UHGV virus genome: UHGV-0086716
DNA: 13,256 nt
Direction: 5' to 3' (one strand)
Source of the DNA: a virus
Shown piece after piece: positions 7,395 through 13,256 of the stretch. The notes under the pieces were generated by a model. It worked only from the letters and a program-made list of their open reading frames with translations, did no database searches and was not told the DNA's origin. The stretch's first letter is position 1, and each line of letters opens with the position of its first letter. The position numbers were made by a program, and so were the translations under genes.

Positions 7395-8321
7395 TCAGCA
7401 GTCCGGACAGTAGCCACCGCCATGGCGACCGCATGGGTCGCACTGTTTCAGGGTGGCGATAACCTCCGGTGCGGGTTCGCTGGTTCTTGCGCCAACGCTT
7501 CTCGGTACCTGGATGCAGTTCATCCGGTATCCCCGATAAATGCGCCGTGTTTCCGGTGTGTCGGAATTGGAGATGGTGATGCTGGTCATGCCGCCCGTTT
7601 CCTGTGAAAGACGGTCAAGTGCCGCTCTCAGGCGAACGTGCTCGTGTTCATCGAATGGTTTTCCGTAGGCGGTGAAATTGTTCTTGCCACTGAATCGCAG
7701 GTAAGGGGGATCGCAGTACACGCAAAGCGTGTTGCCCATGCCGAACAGGTGACTGGCAGAGTTCAGCGTATCCTTAAAATCTGCGTGGATAAGCAGCGTT
7801 CGGGTGCTGTTTGCCTTGTCTGCAAATGCGCGGATTTCCCGCTCAGGGAAGTAGGGCTTGCGGTAGCAGCCGAAAGGCACGTTAAAGTCACCTTTTCCGT
7901 TCACGCGGAACAAACCGTTAAAGCTGTGTCGGTTCAGGTACAAAAACATGGCGGCCAGTCGCAGTTCACGGCGGTCGCTTATTCCCGTTCTGCTACTCAG
8001 GAAGGCATGATTCTCTGCGTTAAAGGTTTCGCGAATGATGAGATAGTCACCCCTGTTGTTGTGGTTCAGGAACAGGGTTTTCGCCTCGTCGATCAGGCTG
8101 TCGGTGTTGTCCCTGACTTGCCGGTAGAAATTGATCAGCGCACCATTGGAATCCCCCAGGATGTAGCGCTTGTAACTGGTGTTCATGAATACCGATGCGC
8201 CGCCCGCAAACGGCTCAACCAGGCAGTCTGCTTCTGGCAGATGCGCCTTCAGTGTGTTCATGATGCGGCTTTTTCCGCCCACCCATTTCAGCGGTGTGCC
8301 GGATAACAGCTCTTTGCTCAT
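7395..8321 (-). CDS. dam: DNA adenine methyltransferase (Dam-like), 308 aa, with short Cys-rich C-terminal tail
   Basis: KWVGGK, EPFAGGASVF (SAM-binding), FNVPFG, DPPY catalytic motif, NFTAY and ISNSDT all align with E. coli Dam as I recall it. AAGAGG RBS 7 nt upstream. Extra tail CDPCGRHGGGYCPDC. Confidence 0.9.
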   Translation of the reverse strand: MSKELLSGTPLKWVGGKSRIMNTLKAHLPEADCLVEPFAGGASVFMNTSYKRYILGDSNGALINFYRQVRDNTDSLIDEAKTLFLNHNNRGDYLIIRETFNAENHAFLSSRTGISDRRELRLAAMFLYLNRHSFNGLFRVNGKGDFNVPFGCYRKPYFPEREIRAFADKANSTRTLLIHADFKDTLNSASHLFGMGNTLCVYCDPPYLRFSGKNNFTAYGKPFDEHEHVRLRAALDRLSQETGGMTSITISNSDTPETRRIYRGYRMNCIQVPRSVGARTSEPAPEVIATLKQCDPCGRHGGGYCPDC

Positions 8322-8336
8322 AACGCGGCCTCTTTG

Positions 8337-8546
8337 TTATAGGTTTCGTGCGTTAATAAATCCCATGACGCCCCGTTGTTTTTGCTCAGCAGTCGCCAGC
8401 GAAAACCGATTCTTATTACCAGGTAGTCGTGGGGTTTTATGCGTGAAAAATTCCGCACGCCGTCGCGGAATAAACGCAGCGATGCGCGGGCTTTTCTTTC
8501 CACGTTCAGGGGGGGGGCAGCAACACACATTCAGGATGGCGACCAT
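8337..8546 (-). CDS. Possible small leader ORF (69 aa) containing the C9 tract; coding status doubtful
   Basis: ATG at 8546 with GAGG upstream, but the product is proline/arginine-rich and not obviously globular. The alternate frame (8318..8530) ends in an ATGA overlap with the dam start. Confidence 0.3.
   Translation of the reverse strand: MVAILNVCCCPPPERGKKSPRIAAFIPRRRAEFFTHKTPRLPGNKNRFSLATAEQKQRGVMGFINARNL
8509..8517. repeat. G9 homopolymer (C9 on the coding strand) in the leader/small ORF upstream of dam
   Basis: Nine consecutive G at 8509-8517, inside the 234-bp interval between the exonuclease stop and the dam start, within codons 10-13 of a small ORF (8337..8546, minus). Confidence 0.9.
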
Positions 8547-8555
8547 AGCTTCACC

Positions 8556-9137
8556 TCATATGCTCAGGAATGGCGTTGTGAAGCGCTGCCAGATTTCTGA
8601 CACGACCTTTGCCTGGTAAATGGCATCGCCCAGTGCAGTGTGAGCAATGGTCTCTTTGCCTGATCGGCCTGGCATTCTCCAGCCGGAGGACTTAGCCATG
8701 TCGATAAGCGGACGCATACAGCGCTCGTTCCAGTAACACCACGGAATACTTTTTTCTCCGGCCGTGCGCTTTATGGCGGATCTCAGGATTGGGAAGTCAA
8801 AGTATGCACCCTTGCACCATACGGTCAGTGCCTTGCCCAGGGTTTCGTCTTGCATGTTGCGCGAAATGAACGCCAGAAATTCGGTTACTGCCGCAAGTTC
8901 TGTTCCCTCTGCGTTGAGCAGGCAGGCTCTGGCCTCCACGGATTGACCGGCCCACCATATGGCGGTTGATGCATTGACGGTTCCGCCGTTGCGCTCTGAA
9001 TCCACCGGGTCGATGTATTTCTCAAACTGCTTACCCAGCTTTCCGGTGAACGGGTCGAAAAACACCGCGCCGATCGCGAATATGACTGCGTCCGGTCCGG
9101 TGCCCAGTGTTTCGGTGTCAATCATGAGATGGTTCAT
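8556..9137 (-). CDS. DEDDh-type 3'-5' exonuclease (DnaQ-like fold), 193 aa
   Basis: Exo I motif MIDTETLG near the N-terminus and Exo III-like HTALGDAIY near the C-terminus. ATG at 9137 overlaps the upstream stop (ATGA); alternative start at 9125. Confidence 0.8.
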   Translation of the reverse strand: MNHLMIDTETLGTGPDAVIFAIGAVFFDPFTGKLGKQFEKYIDPVDSERNGGTVNASTAIWWAGQSVEARACLLNAEGTELAAVTEFLAFISRNMQDETLGKALTVWCKGAYFDFPILRSAIKRTAGEKSIPWCYWNERCMRPLIDMAKSSGWRMPGRSGKETIAHTALGDAIYQAKVVSEIWQRFTTPFLSI

Positions 9138-9367
9138 TGTGCGGACCCCTTCAGTTCTGTGTTGTTCGTGAGCGTTGCAATCAGTCGTTCAATGGCTGAA
9201 CAGGTTTCCAGCGGGGAGGTGTGCTTCTCTTTCGCCGTGTTAACCAGGTCTCGCAGTAATTCGCAGATATGCGCACGTTCGGCTTTTCTTGCGGTCATGC
9301 TGATGTGTGCATGTGGCTGTTCTGGTCTGGCGGTTATTTCTCTGCTTGGTGATTCGGCAGTTCTCAT
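9134..9367 (-). CDS. Hypothetical protein (77 aa)
   Basis: Start re-called to ATG at 9367 (GGAG 7 nt upstream); the track's TTG at 9391 is less likely. Confidence 0.5.
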   Translation of the reverse strand: MRTAESPSREITARPEQPHAHISMTARKAERAHICELLRDLVNTAKEKHTSPLETCSAIERLIATLTNNTELKGSAQ

Positions 9368-9581
9368 TTGTTGACTCCTGAAAAAAGACAAAGGGAAGCC
9401 GAAGGCATGAATGCCTTAATTAATTGCTTGTGTGTTTTCTGGTGTTATTCCGCGCCTGCTTTCGGCTTCAGATTATCCCCAGATTCTTCAGCGCTAACCA
9501 TATAAGCGCGCACACCTGAAATACCAACCATGCAGTGGCGATATTCAGTATTGTTTTCACGTGCTTCATAAGCTTTTCGCT

Positions 9582-9707
9582 TTATTTACGGCGTTTGTCG
9601 CCAGTAAAAAATAATTCGACATCCTTCAGTGTGTGGATAATTCGCATAATGCCGATTGCTATAAGCACGGAGATAATCAGAATTACCCATGAAAGAAATA
9701 TGCTCAT
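9582..9707 (-). CDS. Small hydrophobic peptide (41 aa), single predicted transmembrane helix with basic C-terminus
   Basis: Not in the ORF track (below its size cut-off). ATG at 9707 with AGGAG 7 nt upstream and ATGA overlap with the upstream stop. Hand translation: MSIFLSWVILIISVLIAIGIMRIIHTLKDVELFFTGDKRRK. AT-rich relative to neighbours. Confidence 0.5.
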   Translation of the reverse strand: MSIFLSWVILIISVLIAIGIMRIIHTLKDVELFFTGDKRRK

Positions 9708-9946
9708 GCGGCTACTCCTGTGAAGTAAGGCTCGACAATTTCACCTTCAAACAGTTCTGTCATAATCGACTTTAATTCTTCCAGCGCTTCACGGTCATCG
9801 CTGCCCAGCGCGCAGTTATACAGTCCCATAATTGCGCCGCGCAGTGAGTTACGAAGGTTTTCATCCTTAGTTACGCCCCGGTTTGCAAGTTCGAAGTGGT
9901 AACGCTGCAACGCGTTATTAATAAGTATTTTGTAGGCTTCGATCAT
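9704..9946 (-). CDS. Hypothetical protein (80 aa)
   Basis: ATG at 9946 with AGGA upstream; protein-like composition. Confidence 0.55.
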   Translation of the reverse strand: MIEAYKILINNALQRYHFELANRGVTKDENLRNSLRGAIMGLYNCALGSDDREALEELKSIMTELFEGEIVEPYFTGVAA

Positions 9947-9964
9947 GACTGAATCCTTTATTTA

Positions 9965-10300
9965 TCAGTGCTTGCTTCCCGGATATTGAAAACGCAGGCC
10001 GTTGATTAATCTGTCTGCCGTTCTTAAGGCTTCAAAAAATGTGAAGTCCTGTCCGAAGTAATCATCTCCGCGAGTCAGAGTAAAATTAAATCGGCCAGTA
10101 ACAGGGCTGCGAAAACTTTTGTGAATAACGATGCCAGTGTCGCCAATCGTCCAGGTGTGCTTGCCAGTTTGTTTTACCGGGTGACCGTCTGGTGTGGCGT
10201 GGATTTCAGTGGTTACGGTCGCGCTATTTTTGCGGAAGTTCTGGCGTGCAACGTGGCGTTCTGCGTTGTTATTAATGCGTGCATTTCGTTGTTGCTTCAT
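9965..10300 (-). CDS. Hypothetical protein (111 aa)
   Basis: ATG at 10300; operon strand; basic N-terminus; no recognised motif. Confidence 0.55.
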   Translation of the reverse strand: MKQQRNARINNNAERHVARQNFRKNSATVTTEIHATPDGHPVKQTGKHTWTIGDTGIVIHKSFRSPVTGRFNFTLTRGDDYFGQDFTFFEALRTADRLINGLRFQYPGSKH

Positions 10301-10325
10301 TTTTCACTCGGTCCTTATGCGATGA

Positions 10326-10520
10326 TTACAGTGATTCGCTTCTTGTCAGCCTAAAAATCACTTCAGCCATGACACAGCCAATTACATTCGCCTCATAATC
10401 GGCAAATACCTGTCTCCATTCCTCGCTTGCTCGTGTTGGATCCAGCCTGCCTGATTGCTGTTGTGTGATGATGAATCGAAAAAGGCTGTATAAGTCTTTT
10501 GTTTGAGTGGAGTCAGTCAT
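10326..10520 (-). CDS. Hypothetical protein (64 aa)
   Basis: ATG at 10520 with AAGGTG upstream. Confidence 0.45.
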   Translation of the reverse strand: MTDSTQTKDLYSLFRFIITQQQSGRLDPTRASEEWRQVFADYEANVIGCVMAEVIFRLTRSESL

Positions 10521-10571
10521 GTCAACACCTTCAAATCCTGATGCTCTTAATGATCCCGGTTTGTTTTGATG

Positions 10572-11096
10572 TTACTGGTTGCCTCCACTGTATTGGTGTT
10601 GCTCCAGTTTTGACTTTCTTCCTGTGTAAACCCGCTTTTCATTGATGGTCTGGCAGTCTTCTTTGTTTGCCGGGGAAAACTTTCTTTTCTGTCGGTCGTA
10701 CGTCCAGTAGCTTTTCCAGTTGTGCCATTCTGGCGGCTCGCATTCTGGTAATTCGTCAGCCAGCTTGTCCCACTCTCTGGCGTTAAACCACCATACGCCA
10801 TCCGAATTTTCGTCCTCAGGGTTTGAACGGGTCTTGTGTCCAGGCATCTGATTTCGCTGAAGCGCCACGCGCAATGCAGCTTTTGTCAACCCGATATAGG
10901 CCGCCCCTTTTTCAAGTGAGCAAAGTCCGGCTACCGGGCCATCCAGTCGCAAGGTTGCCCCTTTTTTGTAGGTGCGTTTTTTCTTTTCCTCTTGGTGTTC
11001 ATCGTCGTTTGCCGCACCAACGGATTCGGTGATGTCGCTACTTCCGTGGGGTTGCTGGGTGTCAGATAACTCTTTATCGGCAATGAAGTCCCGCAT
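10572..11096 (-). CDS. Cox-like early regulator/excisionase with N- and C-terminal extensions (174 aa)
   Basis: First gene of the leftward operon, divergent from the repressor gene; AAGAGG 7 nt upstream of ATG at 11096. Central segment AAYIGLTKAALRVALQRNQMP...GVWWFNAREWDKL resembles the P2 Cox HTH core as I recall it. Confidence 0.55.
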   Translation of the reverse strand: MRDFIADKELSDTQQPHGSSDITESVGAANDDEHQEEKKKRTYKKGATLRLDGPVAGLCSLEKGAAYIGLTKAALRVALQRNQMPGHKTRSNPEDENSDGVWWFNAREWDKLADELPECEPPEWHNWKSYWTYDRQKRKFSPANKEDCQTINEKRVYTGRKSKLEQHQYSGGNQ

Positions 11097-11155
11097 TTGT
11101 TATCCTCTTGTGTTGGTGCGCTTGTCGCGCATTATGAAGGTTTGTTTTGGTTTAT

Positions 11156-11179
11156 AAAGATACTCATACGAGTATCTTT
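11156..11179. promoter_or_regulatory. Perfect 10-4-10 palindrome in the divergent switch region (candidate operator)
   Basis: AAAGATACTC-atac-GAGTATCTTT, perfect dyad, 21 nt upstream of the repressor ATG and within the 103-bp interval between the divergent starts. Confidence 0.55.
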
Positions 11180-11199
11180 TGCGAGAGGTTAATACTCAA

Positions 11200-11541
11200 A
11201 TGGTTATCTTGTCAATAGACTATGCAAAAAAGCTACGTCAAATACGCAAGGCTGAAGGGCTAACGCAAAAGGAATTTGCGGATATTACGGGGTTGTCTTT
11301 AGCTGCCATAAGGAACTATGAATCAGGGCAAAAAAGCGCCAGAGCCAAAATTGTTGAGGCGGTTCTCCAGGTTGATCGATTTGAAAAATACATGATGTGG
11401 CTAATAAAAGATAAGACAATGCCTGTTGCCGGTCAGATAGCTCCGGCTCTCTCTCTTGATGGCTCCATTCAGTCGGAGGACGATCAGGATTCAATCCCAG
11501 CCACCCAAAAATCATCCCGATCAGGCCGCAATGCTGGCTAA
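11200..11541 (+). CDS. Immunity repressor, P2 C-like (HTH), 113 aa
   Basis: Motifs YESG, FEKYMMW and GQIAPAL match P2 repressor C as I recall it; HTH (LTQKEFADITGLSLAAIRNYESG). ATG at 11200 with GAGAGG upstream preferred over the track's TTG at 11179. Immediately upstream of int, as in P2. Confidence 0.8.
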   Translation: MVILSIDYAKKLRQIRKAEGLTQKEFADITGLSLAAIRNYESGQKSARAKIVEAVLQVDRFEKYMMWLIKDKTMPVAGQIAPALSLDGSIQSEDDQDSIPATQKSSRSGRNAG

Positions 11542-11610
11542 CGCTGCACATCGAGCGGGTTTCATCCCGCAGGGAGTGTACGGCTAATTTATCCGTCGGA
11601 GGGGCTAATC

Positions 11611-12603
11611 ATGTCGATTAAGCAACTCAAAGACGGGCGTTATAAGGTTGATGTAAGGCCGCAAGGGGCGGAAGGAAAGCGGATCCGTAAGATTTTTACC
11701 CTGAAGTCAAAGGCACAGGAGTTTGAAAGGTATGTTTTGCAGAATTTCCACGATAAACCGTGGCAGGCCAAGCCAGCTGATCAGCGTCGGTTATCCGAAC
11801 TGATAGATGCCTGGTGGGTGCTTGATGGTCGGAATCAGCCTTACGGGGATACTTACAGGGTCAGGCTGGAAAAAATAAACCGTGAGATGAGGGACCCCCG
11901 CGCCAGTGAGATGACGCGAAAGTTTATGCTCGGGTATCGTTCAGATAAATTACAGGCCGGATTAATGCCCTCCAGTGTTAATCGTGATTTGTGCGCCTTG
12001 TCTGCAATGTTTACCGCGCTGATTGATGCGGAGGTTTTCCATAATGAAAACCCGGTGCGTGGAATACGTAAGCTCAAGGTCAGGAATACAGAAATGGCCT
12101 TTCTTTCAGATGATGAGATTGATCGGCTCCTTGAGCGACTCGAGGGTGATGCGCGTCGCGTTGCTGTTCTGTGTCTTTCCACTGGCGCAAGGTGGGGGGA
12201 AGCGGCTGGTTTGCGTGGTGAGCATATCGTTGGTAACCGCGTAATGTTCTTTAACACAAAGAATGGAAAATCCCGCGCAGTTCCTGTTTCTGATACGGTG
12301 CTTTCGTTGATAAAAACCCGAAAAACTGGGCTATTGTACCAGGCTGATTACATCCGTTTTCGGGAGATCCTTCAGGAGGTGAAGCCGGACTTGCCGAAAG
12401 GGCAGGCCACCCATGTCATGCGTCATACATTCGCTACACATTTCATGATGAATGGCGGAAATATCGTTACGCTACAACGAATCCTGGGCCATGCCACGAT
12501 TCAACAAACGATGACGTATGCGCATTTTTCGCCGGACTTTTTACAGGATGCAATCAGCTTTAATCCGCTGGCTGAAAGTGTCCATAAACTGTCCATCGAT
12601 TAG
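11611..12603 (+). CDS. int: Tyrosine integrase, P2 Int-like (330 aa)
   Basis: GGAGGGG RBS 6 nt upstream. Catalytic-region pattern LCLSTGARWGEAA, HVMRHTFATHFMMNGGNIVTLQRILGH, TMTYAHF (R...HxxR...Y). Last phage gene before host DNA. Confidence 0.92.
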   Translation: MSIKQLKDGRYKVDVRPQGAEGKRIRKIFTLKSKAQEFERYVLQNFHDKPWQAKPADQRRLSELIDAWWVLDGRNQPYGDTYRVRLEKINREMRDPRASEMTRKFMLGYRSDKLQAGLMPSSVNRDLCALSAMFTALIDAEVFHNENPVRGIRKLKVRNTEMAFLSDDEIDRLLERLEGDARRVAVLCLSTGARWGEAAGLRGEHIVGNRVMFFNTKNGKSRAVPVSDTVLSLIKTRKTGLLYQADYIRFREILQEVKPDLPKGQATHVMRHTFATHFMMNGGNIVTLQRILGHATIQQTMTYAHFSPDFLQDAISFNPLAESVHKLSID

Positions 12604-12718
12604 TTGTAACTTGTGCTTATTTGCTCCCCTTGTTTTGATTTACTCATTGAAAAATAAGCAAATCATCAAGGGGAGTAAGTAGCGTTAAACCTCCTGCGGG
12701 CGCTTTTTTTGTCTCCCT
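12604..12718. other. Prophage/host junction containing an att-like core
   Basis: GAAAAATAAGCaaatcatcAAGGGGAG (12649-12675) resembles the P2 att core as I recall it. An upstream segment (12612-12630) carries reverse-complement copies of the same sub-motifs. T7 run at 12704-12710. Confidence 0.4.
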
Positions 12719-12732
12719 TTGATACCGAACAA
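12719..12732 (+). promoter_or_regulatory. FNR-type binding site upstream of dmsA
   Basis: TTGAT-accg-AACAA matches FNR consensus TTGAT-N4-ATCAA at 9 of 10 positions, 171 bp upstream of the dmsA ATG; dmsA is a known FNR-activated anaerobic gene. Confidence 0.5.
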
Positions 12733-12902
12733 TAATTACTCCTCACTTACACGTAATACTACTTTCGAGTGAAAATCTACCTATCTCTTTGATTTTCAAA
12801 TTATTCGATGTATACAAGCCTATATAGCGATCTGCTATAGAAATAATTACACAATACGGTTTGTTACTGGAATCAATCGTGAGCAAGCTTGAGTGAGCCA
12901 TT

Positions 12903-13256
12903 ATGAAAACGAAAATCCCTGATGCGGTATTGGCTGCTGAGGTGAGTCGCCGTGGTTTGGTAAAAACGACAGCGATCGGCGGCCTGGCAATGGCCAGCAG
13001 CGCATTAACATTACCTTTTAGTCGGATTGCGCACGCTGTCGATAGCGCCATTCCAACAAAATCAGACGAAAAGGTTATCTGGAGCGCCTGTACAGTTAAC
13101 TGTGGTAGTCGCTGCCCGCTACGTATGCACGTCGTGGACGGTGAAATCAAATATGTCGAAACGGACAATACCGGCGATGACAATTACGACGGCCTGCACC
13201 AGGTTCGCGCCTGTTTGCGTGGGCGTTCCATGCGTCGCCGTGTCTATAATCCGGAC
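12903..13256 (+). CDS. dmsA: Anaerobic DMSO reductase catalytic subunit (DmsA-type molybdoenzyme), N-terminal 118 codons, 3'-truncated by window edge
   Basis: Translation MKTKIPDAVLAAEVSRRGLVKTTAIGGLAMASSALTLPF... has a twin-arginine signal (SRRGLVK) and the N-terminal Cys cluster (CTVNCGSRC) of DmsA-family enzymes. No stop before the window end. Paralogues ynfE/ynfF cannot be strictly excluded. Confidence 0.85.
   Translation, partial: MKTKIPDAVLAAEVSRRGLVKTTAIGGLAMASSALTLPFSRIAHAVDSAIPTKSDEKVIWSACTVNCGSRCPLRMHVVDGEIKYVETDNTGDDNYDGLHQVRACLRGRSMRRRVYNPD

Larger units (their letters stand above)
1..12690. mobile_element. P2-family prophage, int-proximal arm (partial; continues beyond left window edge)
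   Basis: Gene order matches P2-like phages: portal 3' end, cos-side region, gene A replication protein, leftward early operon, Cox-like/C-like divergent switch, integrase, then host dmsA. Right boundary approximate (att core not resolved to the base). Confidence 0.85.

Noticed and set aside
7638-8306. 222-aa plus-strand ORF
   Set aside because: Entirely antisense to the well-supported dam gene.
9535-9723. 62-aa plus-strand ORF
   Set aside because: GTG start without RBS; antisense to the RBS-supported, ATGA-coupled 41-aa peptide on the operon strand.
10547-10801. 84-aa minus-strand ORF
   Set aside because: Alternate frame inside the Cox-like gene.
11853-12257. 134-aa minus-strand ORF
   Set aside because: Antisense within the integrase gene; serine/arginine-rich product.
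12690-12715. Intrinsic terminator after int
   Set aside because: A T7 run is present (12704-12710) but the preceding GC stem is short and imperfect; may instead be the terminator of the upstream host gene.
12604-12900. tRNA gene as integration target
   Set aside because: No cloverleaf-compatible sequence (acceptor stem, T-arm GTTC motif) found by eye next to int; integration appears to be in an intergenic region or protein-gene 3' end.
1-13256. CRISPR array, IS element or transposase
   Set aside because: No regularly spaced direct repeats with unique spacers, no transposase-like ORF, and no terminal inverted repeats flanking a cargo.

Overview
The window is the int-proximal ~12.7 kb arm of a P2-family temperate prophage, followed by host DNA at the right edge (FNR-type promoter and the 5' end of dmsA). 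Reading left to right: the 3' end of a portal gene (+), a ~480 bp non-coding cos-side region with phased GTGCA repeats, then a long leftward (minus-strand) early operon ending at a terminator near 1190. That operon runs from a Cox-like gene (10572..11096) through many small ORFs, a DEDDh exonuclease, a Dam methyltransferase, a DUF4406-like gene and the rolling-circle replication protein A (2521..5010), and continues into a four-gene cassette downstream of A. A P2 C-like repressor (11200..11541) and a P2-like tyrosine integrase (11611..12603) lie on the plus strand, followed by an att-like junction. Nothing here is a recognisable known defence system. The best candidates for undescribed biology are: (1) the cassette downstream of A, where P2 carries old/tin, whose last gene encodes a near-copy of the ClpX zinc-binding domain beside a winged-helix protein; (2) a plus-strand membrane-protein gene with its own promoter embedded antisense in the early operon; (3) a highly structured non-coding island upstream of that gene; (4) a G9 homopolymer in the leader upstream of dam. 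All protein-family calls come from motif recognition by eye; no database search was run. Several starts were re-called from the ORF track (which also uses GTG/TTG starts) using RBS and ATGA stop/start overlaps.
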